Below, in pieces: positions 48,301 to 58,929 of a DNA stretch of 64,000 nt. Source of the stretch: Lytechinus pictus (taxonomy: Eukaryota); the NCBI RefSeq assembly GCF_037042905.1, contig NC_087250.1, positions 13,890,001-13,954,000 of the forward strand, in the 5' to 3' direction. The stretch's first letter is position 1, and each line of letters begins with the position of its first letter. The position numbers and the translations under genes were made by a program. Below the pieces are notes generated by a model, which did no database searches, was not told the DNA's origin, and saw only the letters and a program-made list of their open reading frames with translations.

Positions 48301-48698
48301 GTCAAAAAATTTCGCGCGGCGGATTTATCGTGAAAAATGTCGAGGGGGGGGGCTGAATCAGCCCCCCCCAGTCTTTTTAGGGTTAAGAGATATATAAAGA
48401 TAAAACATTATTATTAGTAATATCAATATTATCATTGTTATTATTTCCTATTGTTTTCAACATCATCATCACCAATATCTTCATCATGACTCCACCACCA
48501 TCATCATCATTGCCATGACCATCGCTCTCATCGTCATCATCATCGTCTTCATCATCATCATCATCTTTGTTATTATCACTGTAATTTCTATCATTATTCT
48601 TATTCATTCTTAATGTTTCGTTGCAGGTGTATGAGACAGCAACTTCACTAAAGCAGTCACACGTCGGTGATATACAAGAAGAAGATGAAAGTAGATGA
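9265..48698 (+). CDS. PLCL2: Phospholipase C-like protein (PLCL1/PLCL2, PRIP family) homologue; 5'-partial spliced CDS of 22 exons, 829 aa in window
   Basis: Hand-spliced exons give one open frame with [44 protein letters not shown], a C2 domain and the PLCL-type tail ([24 protein letters not shown]). All junctions are GT-AG with matching phases. Probably co-orthologous to vertebrate PLCL1 and PLCL2, so the symbol is approximate. Confidence 0.93.
10778..10841 (+). CDS. PLCL2: PLCL exon (EF-hand): [21 protein letters not shown]
   Basis: aacag/gtaagt; FLEAEQG motif; phase 2 in, phase 0 out. Confidence 0.93.
10870..11065. repeat. (GAT/GGT)n microsatellite
   Basis: Direct reading; accounts for the poly-Ile 176-aa ORF on the minus strand. 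Confidence 0.95.
12076..12456. mobile_element. hAT-like MITE
   Basis: TIR cagacctgccaacc / ggttggcaggtttg; 8-bp flanks ggggtgtg vs ggtgtgtg (1 mismatch). Confidence 0.72.
12863..13193. mobile_element. Harbinger-like MITE; relatives at ~45813-46119 and ~25125-25187
   Basis: TIR ggcccgtattctgaa; 3-bp TSD act. Confidence 0.82.
13244..13337 (+). CDS. PLCL2: PLCL exon: [31 protein letters not shown](G)
   Basis: ttcag/gtattt; [12 protein letters not shown] motif. Confidence 0.92.
14256..15245 (+). mobile_element. Helentron-associated (HINE/DINE-1/Tsp/pearl-type) non-autonomous element
   Basis: Subterminal IR gtctcacctgcat (14261) / atgcaggtgagac (15209-15221), (GGC)n tract, about 4.5 internal ~180-bp tandem units, T-rich flanks. 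Confidence 0.72.
15348..15465 (+). CDS. PLCL2: PLCL exon (start of X box): [38 protein letters not shown](T)
   Basis: tgtag/gtgagt; QDM..LSHYFI..SHNT motif. Confidence 0.95.
16124..16209 (+). CDS. PLCL2: PLCL exon (X box): [28 protein letters not shown](L)
   Basis: tgtag/gtaagg; DQL.GPSS..GCR.VE motif. Confidence 0.95.
16845..16965 (+). CDS. PLCL2: PLCL exon (X box): [39 protein letters not shown](E)
   Basis: ttcag/gtgagt; [12 protein letters not shown] motif. Confidence 0.95.
17528..17750 (+). mobile_element. tRNA-derived SINE; other copies at 24836-25100, 36623-36875, 10325-10530 and 62975-63163 on +, and 9498-9625, 37560-37625 and 40922-41175 on -
   Basis: Box A (tggtcaagtgg) and box B (ggttcgaatcc), shared core actcRacccaggtgaggtRaatgggtacc, (tta)n tail. 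Confidence 0.85.
17750..20780 (+). repeat. Exon-derived tandem array: 20 units of 151-154 bp, each a 3' splice site plus the 5' part of the X-box exon
   Basis: Post-AG starts at 17767, 17920, 18074, 18227, 18378, 18530, 18682, 18834, 18986, 19138, 19290, 19442, 19594, 19746, 19900, 20053, 20207, 20361, 20513, 20665. Confidence 0.97.
20665..20833 (+). CDS. PLCL2: PLCL exon (end of X box): [56 protein letters not shown]
   Basis: Last and only complete unit of the 152-bp array; continues into LPSP..L.GKILIK; gttagt donor. Confidence 0.92.
20848..21410. mobile_element. Long hairpin plus IR-bounded module (Crypton-like non-autonomous architecture); similar at 38368-38770 and 39691-40150
   Basis: aaagcaatattgactggcctcggggcga...tcgccccgaggccagtcaatattgcttt, then ttattaacca..agacatct / agatgtct..tggttaataa. 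Confidence 0.55.
22176..22332. mobile_element. Short palindromic MITE; relative at ~24261-24397
   Basis: gggcccgtttcataaag ... ctttatgaaacggggccc. Confidence 0.78.
22572..22667 (+). CDS. PLCL2: PLCL exon (X-Y linker): [32 protein letters not shown]
   Basis: tgcag/gtaatt; [13 protein letters not shown] motif as in PLCL. Confidence 0.93.
23700..23801 (+). CDS. PLCL2: Putative X-Y linker exon, possibly a cassette: [34 protein letters not shown]
   Basis: Long polypyrimidine tract plus tttatag acceptor, AAG/gtataa donor, 102 nt, phase 0-0, no stop codon; no family motif supports it. Confidence 0.62.
26371..26570 (+). mobile_element. Second tRNA-derived SINE family, head region
   Basis: Box A tagcttagtcggtagagc, box B ggttcgattcc; no closed tRNA acceptor stem. 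Confidence 0.65.
27437..27709. mobile_element. Tc1/mariner-like MITE
   Basis: ta|gagcggtgctcaaaagttagtgaaccccacc ... ggtggggatcactgacttttgagcacaactg|ta. Confidence 0.75.
28587..29338. mobile_element. piggyBac-like non-autonomous element (~750 bp)
   Basis: ttaa|ccct start, degenerate right end; internally homologous to 47631-48382 and 52683-53410. Confidence 0.75.
29411..30057. mobile_element. Foldback-like palindromic element
   Basis: cccattcc..ggaatggg ends, central hairpin tttaaacagggaagt/acttccctggtttaaa, mirrored gatctttca/tgaaagatc motifs. Confidence 0.65.
31851..31950 (+). CDS. PLCL2: PLCL exon (start of Y box): [33 protein letters not shown](Q)
   Basis: tacag/gtaagt; ELSDLV..CKS motif. 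Confidence 0.92.
32718..32897 (+). CDS. PLCL2: PLCL exon (Y box): [59 protein letters not shown](V)
   Basis: ttcag/gtgagt; LSRVYP..R.DS.N.NPQ..WN.GCQ motif. Confidence 0.96.
34163..34270 (+). CDS. PLCL2: PLCL exon (end of Y box): [35 protein letters not shown](E)
   Basis: ttcag/gtgagc; ALNYQT..NG.CGYVLKP motif. Confidence 0.96.
34814..34938 (+). CDS. PLCL2: PLCL exon (C2 start): [41 protein letters not shown]
   Basis: ttcag/gtgagt; [19 protein letters not shown] motif. Confidence 0.95.
35225..35605 (+). repeat. Exon-derived tandem array: 4 x 98 bp (acceptor plus 60 nt of the C2 exon)
   Basis: Post-AG starts at 35249, 35347, 35445, 35543. Confidence 0.96.
35543..35627 (+). CDS. PLCL2: PLCL exon (C2): [28 protein letters not shown](G)
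   Basis: Last of four 98-bp units and the only one that continues to a gtaaag donor; DPY..VEI.GIPADC motif. Confidence 0.93.
37119..37265 (+). CDS. PLCL2: PLCL exon (C2): [48 protein letters not shown](G)
   Basis: cttag/gtatgt; canonical PLC C2 motif. Confidence 0.96.
38155..38252 (+). CDS. PLCL2: PLCL exon (C2 end): [32 protein letters not shown]
   Basis: tgcag/gtaagt; GYRH..L..LFVH motif. Confidence 0.95.
41222..41323 (+). CDS. PLCL2: PLCL exon: [34 protein letters not shown]
   Basis: tacag/gtattg; KRG.SV..K.REY motif of the PLCL C-terminal region. Confidence 0.92.
41335..41700. mobile_element. hAT-like MITE with tcagggaa subterminal repeats, 11 nt after an exon donor
   Basis: cagggttcccag / ctgggaagctg ends; TSD not clean. 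Confidence 0.6.
42176..42936. mobile_element. Kolobok-like (TTAA TSD, AGG..CCT ends) MITE carrying a nested element at 42564-42748
   Basis: ttaa|agggatactccaggctg ... cagcctggtgcatccca|ttaa; same family as 58974-59727 and 59921-60500. Confidence 0.78.
42979..43233 (+). CDS. PLCL2: PLCL exon: [17 protein letters not shown]...RKAIMAYTT
   Basis: tgcag/gtaagg; PLREA.DLREN.Q and CGL...ANL.QC motifs. Confidence 0.93.
43757..43846 (+). CDS. PLCL2: PLCL exon: [30 protein letters not shown]
   Basis: ttcag/gtaaga; phase 0-0. Confidence 0.88.
44754..44810 (+). CDS. PLCL2: PLCL exon: [19 protein letters not shown]
   Basis: aatag/gtatgt; KEG.KGRKL motif. Confidence 0.9.
45686..45781 (+). CDS. PLCL2: PLCL exon: [32 protein letters not shown]
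   Basis: tttag/gtaatg; E.FAWNI.VLKGQ motif. Confidence 0.93.
47631..48382. mobile_element. piggyBac-like non-autonomous element, opposite orientation to the other two copies
   Basis: ttaa|ccctaaatagactggg ... cccagtctttttaggg|ttaa. Confidence 0.82.
48627..48698 (+). CDS. PLCL2: PLCL terminal coding exon: [23 protein letters not shown]
   Basis: tgcag acceptor, in frame, TGA at 48696-48698; candidate AATAAA signals near 49113 and 49261. Confidence 0.75.
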   Translation: MYETATSLKQSHVGDIQEEDESR

Positions 48699-49804
48699 TC
48701 AGGTCCTACCCATAGAGGGCGGTCTCTGTGTCCGTGTTCATCACTATATAACCTATGACCCTAGAAATGATGTAATTGTGGAATAGGGAAAGCCCCCATT
48801 ATGAATGTTGTAAAACTTCATGTGTCCAATGGGTGATTTCAAGTTCAGTGTTGACCTTTTGGTGTTGGTGCTGGCGTTAGGTCAATATTTATAAGAATAT
48901 AACACCAAACATAAAATGAAGATGGTCCTGAAAAGTCGCTCACTCGGTAGTGAGTTCTCAATAGTGTGAAGTGGATTATGCTTATAAACTCAGAATTAGG
49001 TTTGGAGCTAGGAAACGCAATCTAAATTGTGCTTCCAACACCGGACTTGAAATCACCCAATGTAGATTGGATGGCATTGACCTCTGAATTGTAATACATT
49101 GTAACACCTTAGAATAAATGCAGTAGTCAGTCAGTTGGTAAATCGCCACTTGGTCTACGTCCAGTTCGTCTGCCGCATGTATGGTCTCATCCCACATGGT
49201 CTAATCCCAGTCCATCTACAGCTAGTTCTTGAAAAGTCAGTGTTATGTCAAACAGTAACCAATAAAAGTCAATGAGCAAAACTTGATCTAACACCGATGA
49301 GTCTGTGAACTTTTCCTGATGAACCAAATTTTCCTTTGACAAAGTGAAAAATAAGAATTTAATGAAATTGAAATTAGACCGTCTGGGCATTAAACTAAAT
49401 TAGACTAAATGGTTATTAGACCAAGTGTAATGTAGACTAAACAGAAATTAGACTTAATTGACAGTAGACCAAATAGGTTAAGACTATCTGATCAGTAGAC
49501 CAACTGCATGTCGAACAAGTAATGCATGTATAAACCAGTCGAGTGTACATTCTAACAAACACTACATTTTTTAATGTATGGTGTACAGTTTATCATCATG
49601 CAACATGGATAAATGACAGAAATTTCTTTATCTCAACAAACCAAACTATTTTATTCCTTTTATACCATCTACATGTATTTTGTTATTTTGTTAGTTTTAT
49701 TAGTATATTTTTGTTTGTGCAATACATTTTTAGACTTTGCCAAATATATATGTACTGCACCTTTTCTCTTGCCCTGTAAGGTATGGTTCCTATGCAACGA
49801 CATG

Positions 49805-52225
49805 TAGGCGTGTGCTGCAAACCCCATCCATAATGTCCTCACCTAGTCTGCAACAACGATGTAGATGTATGCTGTTCATTCTTTAATGTCCTCACACAAT
49901 CTGCAACAACAATGTAGATGTGTGCTCTCAATGCTTTAATGTCCTCACACAATCTGCAACAACAATGTAGATATGTGCTCTCAATGCTTTAATGTCCTCA
50001 CACGATCTGCAACAACAATGTAGATGTGTGCTGTCCATTTAATGTCCTCACACAATCTGCAACAACAATGTAGATGTGTGCTGTCCATGCTTTAATGTCC
50101 TCACACGATCTGCAACAACAATGTAGATATGTGCTCTCAATGCTTTAATGTCCTCACACGATCTGCAACAACAATGTAGATGTGTGCTGTCCATTTAATG
50201 TCCTCACACAATCTGCAACAACAATGTAGATATGTGCTCTCCATGCTTTAATGTCCTCACACAATCTGCAACAACATGTAGATGTGTGCTGTCCATGCTT
50301 TAATGTCCTCACACAATCTGCAACAATGTAGATGTGTGCTCTCCATACTTTAATGTCCTCACACAGTCTGCAACAACAATGTAGATGTGTGCTCTCAATG
50401 CTTTAATGTCCTCACACAGTCGGCAACAACAATGTAGATGTGTGCTGTCCATGCTTTAATGTCCTCACACAGTCTGCAACAACAATGTAGATGTGTGCTC
50501 TCAATGCTTTAATGTCCTCACAGTCTGCAACGACAATGTAGATGTGTGCTGTCCATGCTTTAATGTCCTCACACAATCTGCAACAACAATGTAGATGTGT
50601 GCTCTCAATGCTTTAATGTCCTCACAGTCTGCAACGACAATGTAGATGTGTGCCGTCCATGCTTTAATGTCCTCACACAGTCTGCAACAACAATGTAGAT
50701 GTGTGCTCTCAATGCTTTAATGTCCTCACACAGTCTGCAACAACAATGTAGATGTGTGCTCTCCATGCTTTAATGTCCTCACACAGTCTGCAACAACAAT
50801 GTAGATGTGTGCTCTCCATGCTTAGGGACAGTGATTTTCCGCGATCGCGGAAAAACGGACGGAATTCACGGAAATTGCCTTTTGAAACGGAAAGTGCCAT
50901 TTCAAACGGAAAATCACGGAAAACATATTTTTCCTCAAAAGAACAGCAACAGTAATTACTCCAAAATCTCAACAAAATACGAATATTAACTGGCCACAAA
51001 ACCTCGCAAAACACGATCTCACTTCACTACAAAGTATGACAATCCACACATCGTGACTGCTCTTGACTCCATCACTCTCGATCGTACCCCGCGGGCCTCG
51101 CCCGCGTCCCGGGTCTTGGCCGGCGGCGGGGTCGGCCGTATCGAAAACATTCACATGCAAACAACACGGTCGTGTGTTGCTGCCCTCTACGTTTGAAGAT
51201 GTAACAGCACGATATTCCGGTCTTGAAATCCAAAATGGCGGATAGGCTAAAGTCGTTGACTGGTCGAAACGATGTCCAAAAACCCCCAAAATTATCGATA
51301 AAATTTAATTTAACAAAAAAATAATGCTAATAATGTGAAAGGTTAGGATGTATTTATGTCAGATTTGTTTGTGAAATTATTTTGTGTACCTGCATAGATC
51401 CGATTAGAGCGGATTCTACTGCGTTGTTGGTACAGTGGCAGATACAAATTTTGACCAGCGCAGCAAGAGTGATTTATTGCTACTGAATGGTAAACGGAAT
51501 TGCCAATTTTCCGTGTACACAAAGTCTATGGGGAAACGGAATTTCCGTTTTCTGACATGCTGAAACGGAATTTACGATTTTCTGAAACGGAAAAGGCAAT
51601 TTTTTGAAACGGAAAATCACTGTCCCTACATGCTTTAATGTCCTCACAGTCTGCAACGACAATGTAGATGTGTGCTGTCCATGCTTTAATGTCCTCACAC
51701 AATCTGCAACAACAATGTAGATGTGTGCTCTCAATGCTTTAATGTCCTCACAGTCTGCAACAACAATGTAGATGTGTGCCGTCCATGCTTTAATGTCCTC
51801 ACACAATCTGCAACAACAATGTAGATGTGTGCTGTCCATTCTTTAATGTCCTCACAGTCTGCAACAACAATGTAGATGTGTGCCGTCCATGCTTTAATGT
51901 CCTCACACAATCTGCAACAACAATGTAGATGTGTGCTCTCAATGCTTTAATGTCCTCACACAGTCTGCAACAATATGTGCATGTGTGCTGCCAACCCCAT
52001 AATGTCCTCACACAGTCTGCAACGACAATGTAGATGTATGCTGTCCATGCCTTAATGTCCTCACACAATCTGCAACAACAATGTAGATGTGTGCTCTCAA
52101 TGCTTTAATGTCCTCACTCAATCTGCAACAACAATGTAGATGTGTGCTCTCCATGCTTTAATGTCCTCACACAGTCTGCAACAACAATGTAGATGTGTGC
52201 TGCCAACCCTGTAATGTCCTCACAT
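49805..52225. repeat. ~50-bp minisatellite (tgctttaatgtcctcacacaatctgcaacaacaatgtagatgtgtgctgtcca) interrupted by a TIR element
   Basis: About 30 units read directly on both sides of 50823-51628. Confidence 0.96.
50823..51628. mobile_element. Non-autonomous TIR element with 6-bp TSD
   Basis: Perfect 19-bp TIR tagggacagtgattttccg; TSD catgct; multiple subterminal aaacggaa motifs. Confidence 0.9.
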
Positions 52226-52682
52226 AGTCATCTCCATATTGGAATTAATAACAATGTATAATTTCCACCTGCATTGTCGCAATGCATGAAATGATGCTTT
52301 CATGGTCCTCACTTTGTAATAAGGGGAATAATGTCCTCACTTTGGAATGAAATCGATGAGTTATTGGAGAGCAAAGATTTGTAGGGTCCTCAGTTTGTAA
52401 CAGTTCATTAGTAATGATGTTAAAGGCAAAACAAAAAATAAGGGGCTCGCTTTGTAACAAAGTTGACAAGTTATGATGGCGAGAGCAAAGCTTTCAAGGT
52501 CCTCACTTTGGTATGAAGTTGCTGTAACAGGGAAATCAAAGCTTATTAGGTCCTCACTTTAGTTGGGAAGTTATAATGGGGAGTCAAAGCTTAGGGCCTC
52601 AGTTTGTAACAAAGGTGATAGGTAATAATGGGGAAAGCAAAGATTTTTAGGTCCTGACTTTTTGTAACCATTGATAAGTTAA

Positions 52683-53410
52683 CCCTATCTAGGCCGGGGG
52701 TGGGGCCTCCGAGGCCCCCCCTCAACAAGTCGCGCGATATTTTCACCGCACAAATTTTTTTGACCGCGCTACTTGCTGACTTTTTACTTTCAAGTCTTGC
52801 GCAACTTTTGAGACCAATTTTGTGTCACCCGGGTACGCGGTTCCAAAATTACTCAACGTTATGTAAGTTCATGTCAGACCAAAAATTGCTCAAAAACGTG
52901 ATTTCGTGTACAAAGTCAATGTAAATTGTGTTTTCAACCAAAAATCATTTTGCTGGTCTAAATGTATGTATTTTATTCTGTTTATGATCTTAGAAGAGTC
53001 CCCAACGAATTTCATTGAAAAAACAATGAAAAACAAAGGGTCAAAAAAACAGAGAAATACATAAGAAATTGCAAAAAACAATATAATACATAAGAAATTG
53101 ATCTGATATCACAATTTATTTCATGAAAACTTGCTGAGAACACCACAAAGAGTTTCTATGCCAAAAATTAGAACATTTGGAGCTTTATTTATGGAGTTAT
53201 AGGAAAAAGTATTATTTCGCATACTAATTACGCGTAAATTAGCATAATTACTTAATAACAATTCGCATGAAATAAATTACTATACAATTTTGTAGATTAT
53301 ATCTCAGGCAACCTGCGTGCCAATTTTCGGAGCAGTCGACATCTCAAGGGGGCCTGGGAGGCCTCCCCCCCGGCCATATGAACTCCCAAAATACCCCGGC
53401 CTAGATAGGG
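52683..53410. mobile_element. piggyBac-like non-autonomous element
   Basis: ttaa|ccctatctaggccgggg ... ccccggcctagataggg|ttaa. Confidence 0.85.
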
Positions 53411-54262
53411 TTAAGATGGGGAGAGCAAAGTTTTTACATCCTCAGTTTTTATTATCAACAATAATAATTTGTGATTGTGGAGATGGAGCAGATATTGATT
53501 TGGGTGACTTTGTGTAACTCTGTGAAAGACATTCAAATGCTTGTGGCATGCATTTATAGGTAACTTTGCCTAAGTCAGATCTCTTTGGACCATGGAAATT
53601 TGCTTTAGGGAAAACTTTACATGTAGAAGGATAAATAACACATGTTTGGCATAATCTGGTGTAGAAAATTGCTTCAACTGATCGAATGTTCGACTCATGG
53701 AAAAGATGGACTCGTGCAACTTTTCTACGATTGATTACATTGAATATTGTGTACAATCAAATCATGTACACATAACATAGATCTCAACAATTGACAGATG
53801 GGAAGATCTTACAATAGATTTTAACATTTTTCTGCTTCAGAAATTAATTGAAATGTCCCAGAATACATTGTTGTAATTAGGTCCCCGTAACTTCAAGCTC
53901 AACAACGGCTCGAACAGCAGATTTATGATTCATATTGAGAGTTTCCTGGCTTGGAAAGTAATTCCAACGTCATGGAATGCGTTGTTGTAACCAGGGCCCT
54001 ATAACTTCTAGGGCCATGGTTACAACAATGCTAAACAAGAAAGGTGGGTGGATTTTAAGATATATTTTTATATTTTTCTGCTTTAGAAAGTAATTAAATG
54101 ATATGGTTTATCTAGCACACTTACTATCCTCATTAGATCAAGGCAATGCAATTATTATCAGGCTTACATTTGATAAAATTCAAATCACAGCGTATGCAAA
54201 TATATTCACATGATTAAATCATGAAAAAAATTTGGTACATTGTGACTACCAGTATATATTAA

Positions 54263-54763
54263 AGGACAAGTCCACCCTTACAAAAAGCTGATTTGAATAA
54301 AAAGAGAAAAATCCACCAAGCATAACACTGGAAATTTCATCAAAATCGGATGTAAAATAAGAAAGTTATGACATTTTAAAGATTCGCTTAATTTCATAAA
54401 ACAGTTATATGCACATCCTGGTCGGTATGCAAATGAGGCGACTGATGACATCATCCACTCACTATTTCTTTTGTATTTTATTATGTGAAATATGAAATAT
54501 TCTAATTTTCTCCTGATTGTCAAGTGAATCAACGATTAATTCCTCACTAAATATGTGGAATTAGCATTGTTTAATACTATATGGTTCAGTCAAGTTGGTC
54601 CTTATTGTCAAATCTGTAAAAAATGAAATAATGTATAATTCAAACAATAAAAAAAAGAAATAGTGAGTGATACACATCATCGACTGTCTCATTTGCATAT
54701 CACTAAGTTGTGCATATATCACAGTTTTGTGAAATCAATATTTTTCTGGGGTTGACTTGACCT
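54263..54763. mobile_element. Kolobok-like MITE; other copies at 58356-58929 and a partial one at ~31140-31631
   Basis: ttaa|aggacaagtccacc ... gggttgacttgacct|ttaa. Confidence 0.8.
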
Positions 54764-56429
54764 TTAATACAAGGGAATATTGATCCTAAATTATTACAAA
54801 ATGTTATTGTTTTATGATCTGTTTTAATCACAGTACTGTTATTGCATGTATACTCTATGTATCTGCTGCTTTGAATTTTTATTACTCTATTTTGCTGCCA
54901 AATGTAATGCAATACTTCACCTTTAATTCTACAGCACTGCAAACAAATATAGAAGCTTAAAGCTTTTTTTTTTCATTCTTTTTACAATTTCTTGGTTATT
55001 TTGCAATTTCTAAATGAAATTCTTATATTTGTTTATTTTGACCTACTTGCAGTGTTTTTAAAAAATCAAATATCTTAACTTCTATTTCATTTATGTAATC
55101 ATCATAATTGCTATGCTATTTCAGATAGATAATGAACAATGCTCCTCTTTTGTAAACGTTTATGGATTGAATTATACCTATTTTCTTGGACTATATAATT
55201 TGCTTTCAAATAATTGAATGCATCAGTTCTAAAACATGTTAATATTGATATAATTATATGAAAAGAGGGTCGTAAATGTTATCAGGGTCCATGTGTTTAA
55301 TACTAGCATGGTGTACATGTATATAGTAGAGTAAAACAAGCAGTACTCATAGATTTTGATATGCATGTTTACTATTGCTGTTTAATGAATGAGAACTTGT
55401 AATTGGTCATGTTAATATATATATACTGAAGATATTTTCACACTGTGGATATCTCGACAGTCTGGCAGTCCACCGCTATGTTCACATGGTTGACTATGTG
55501 AATATGTGATTCGCACCGTTGAAATGCTCAAATTCTACAGTGTGAAGAAAGTTTCACACCAGATATCTCGACTGTCCACAGCCATGTTCACATGGTGGAT
55601 TATGTGAATATGTGATTCACACTGTTGAAATGTTCAAATTCTACATTGTCAAGGTATTTTCACACTGTAGACACCTCAACAGTGTGACTGTCCACAGTCA
55701 TGTTCACCTGATAGGCTAATATGCAACGTTTCTGTGCAGCCGGCACTGTTTGACTGTGTTGAATGCTCAGATTTAACAGTGTGAAGGGGATTTCACATTG
55801 TGTTCCACACTGTGTCATATGCTGTGGCACAGACTGTGGGACACTGTTCTTACCAGTAGGGATATGATGCTATCACATCCCCTCACTTCTCTCTACTACC
55901 CTATTACTTAATCCCATGATGATCCCCCACCATCGTCACATGCTCTTCTCCCATTTTCTCCTCCCTCTACCATCACCCCTCCCCCATTGCCTACACCCCA
56001 CCCCTATTACTGCCACCGCTCCACTTGTTGCCAGCCCACTCCTCTTCCTCTCTCCTTTTCTCATTGCATTCTTCGTCCCCTCATTTTCTCTCTTTCCCTC
56101 CTTTTCTCTCCTTTCTCCCTTCCCTTTCTCTTTTCCCCCTTCCCGCCCCTCTCTATCTCTCCCTATATCACTCTTCCATTCTCTTGATCTATTTATTTTC
56201 ATCTGATGTCCATCTTTATATTAAATGAACCATCAATATCATGTCTATTAATAGGTAATATACATATAATATACCATGCGGGTGTGTATACATGTATATA
56301 TGAATTTGCAGTTAATGATATAATGTAGAACCTTATGATGAAGAAATGTTGTTCAACTCTGTTGAATAGTATTTAGAAACAGAGGTTATGCAGTAAGGAA
56401 TACTGTCATACTCTTTAAAGTAGTGTGAT

Positions 56430-57040
56430 GCATAAAACCAGAATATTAATTTGATGCAATGAATAGATTTATCAGCCCGTTATGCTAGTTTTTATGTAGT
56501 CAAACCAAAATATTGATTTGACATCAAACAGATTTATCAACCCGTTATGCTAGTTTTTATTGATTTTGACGTCAAATAGATTTATTGACCTATTATGCTA
56601 GTTTTTATATAGTTAAAGCAGAATTTCGATTTGACATCAAACAGATTTATTGACCTCTTTTATGCTAGTTTTTATGTAGTCAAAGCAGAATATTGATTTG
56701 ACGTCAAACAGATTTATCGACCTATTATGCTAGTTTTTATATAGTCAAAGCAGAATAGCGATTTGACGTCAAACAGATTTATTGACCTATTATGCTAGTT
56801 TTTATAGTCGAAGCAAAATATCGATTTGACATCAAACAGATTTATTGACCTCTTTTATGCTAGTTTTTATGTAGTCAAAGCAGAATATCGATTTGACGTC
56901 AAACAGATCTTTCGACCTATTATGCGAGTTTTATGTAGTCAAACAGATTTATTGACCTATTATGCGAGTTTTATGTAGTCGTCAAGGCAAATATATTTAT
57001 TTGACATAAAGATTTATTGATCTGTTATACTAGTTTTCAT
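56430..57040. repeat. ~60-bp minisatellite, about 9-10 units, decaying toward ~57280
   Basis: tatgctagtttttatRtagtcaaagcagaatatYgatttgacRtcaaacagattta repeated. Confidence 0.9.
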
Positions 57041-58355
57041 ACCATATTCAAACCACAAGGGTAGATGCTGTCAGTAAATACATTATCCAACCTGCTATGC
57101 TTGTTCCTATGCAGTTATCAAACCAGAATATTAATTTGACCTCAATGAATACATTTATCAACTCTTGGTAACTTATATTCAATAATCAAACCAGAAAAGT
57201 TGCTGTCTGTGAATAAATTTTTTCAACCTACTACTATGCTTGTTCTTATATAGTCACCAAACCAGAATATTGATTGCCATCTATCAAAATATCTATCAGC
57301 ATACAATTTTTTTTATGCGGGCATATTATACCCCCTCCGCCCTCTCCCCATCAATTTGGCAAGAAGCAAACTGTTAGCAGTATGATTTTATGCATTTTTT
57401 TCTGTATAAAAACATAAATTGAATGGCCATATATAGTTTTTTGTGTGCATTTGCAAGATGTATTGCATGATTTAAAGCCGATACATACCAGTAACCTTTA
57501 TAGTATCATCTCGAGACCTCAACTGCTCAAACCTGGCCAGATTCATTACCCATACTGCAACATTCTAAGAAGTGTAGTCTTGTAATATAAACCCACTTGA
57601 ACGATAACATACTAATTCACTATTCAATACATTCATACCACAATAATAAATTATGTGACCAAGTAGCTGAAAAAGTTCTTTCTCGCAAAATTTTATTTTT
57701 TCATATTTATGTACAAATAAAATCATAGGCTATAAACTTATCATCTGTATTAGTAATAGCTATCTCAACAGGTATGTATTAAGACTAGCTATTCATAACA
57801 CAGTCAGTGAGAACCTACAAACGCTTTTGGTCAGTTGGCTCCCCTTAAAGGGAAACTAGTAAGCGTAACAGGGTAGCTTTTCATAAACGGTTTTTTTGCA
57901 GGTTGTCAGATCTGACAACTTTCCTTGATTTCGATAGAATGACAGGCGCTGGCACTATGGTAACTGTCGGATAAAACGGGACTTGTCGGACAAAACGTCC
58001 GTCAAGTCCTTTCATGAAACTAGCATAATAGGGAGATACTTCTTTAGATCTTGTACATAAGGTTTTCTACGTTCTCTGAGTCCGGGCGCCAGTGTATAGA
58101 ATGTATGAATAAGATTTATATGCAGTACAGTTAAATGCTTGTTGATATGGGTCGTGTGTAATGTGGTCATAGATAATTATCGAGTCATATTAAGAATGAC
58201 TAAAATAAAATGAATATGCAGGAAATACTCGTCACAGTATAGTTGTTTTGTCCTGTGTTTATGCATGTACATATTGATCCACATTCGCAAAGATGGTTTT
58301 GATGTGATTTGGATGAACGTATGTGGTTTGAAATCATGGTTTGAATGTTTATTAA

Positions 58356-58929
58356 AGGACAAGTCCACCCCAACAAAAAGTTGATTTGAATGAAAAGAGA
58401 AAAATCCAACAAGCATAACACTGAAAATTTCATCAAAATCGGATGAAAAATAAGAAAGTTATGACATTTTGAAGTTTTGCGCAATTTCACAAAACAGTTC
58501 CTGGTCGGTATACAAATGAGCAGACTGATGACGTCATCCACTCACTATTTCTTTTGTATTTTATTATATGAAATATTTAAATTTTCTCCTAGTTGTCAAG
58601 TGAAACGTTTAATTCCTCCCTGAACATGTAGAATTAGCATTGTTTGATACTATATGGCTCAGTCAAGTTGATCCTTATTGTCAAATCTGCAAAAAAATGA
58701 AATATTGTTTGATTTAAACAATAAAAAACAAAAGAAATAGTGATCATCAAGTGTCTCATTTGCATGTCACTGTGTTGTGCATATCACTGTTTTGTGAAAA
58801 ATAAGCGAAACTTTAAAATGTCATAACTTTCTTATTTTACATCCGATTTTGATGAAATTTTCAGTGTTATGCTAGTTTGATTTTTCTTTATTTATTCAAA
58901 TCAACATTTTTCTGGGATGGACTTGACCT
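58356..58929. mobile_element. Kolobok-like MITE
   Basis: TTAA flanks; TIR aggacaagtcca / tggacttgacct. Confidence 0.8.

Noticed and set aside
50709..51289. ORFs inside the TIR element as a transposase
   Set aside because: Short, no DDE or BED-finger motifs; the element is only 806 bp.
49805..52225. CRISPR-like array or repetitive protein ORFs (HCCCRLCEDIK...)
   Set aside because: Simple minisatellite with no spacers; the ORFs are translations of the repeat.
55916..56228. Overlapping Pro/Ser/Leu- or Arg/Glu/Gly-rich ORFs
   Set aside because: CT-rich low-complexity tract.
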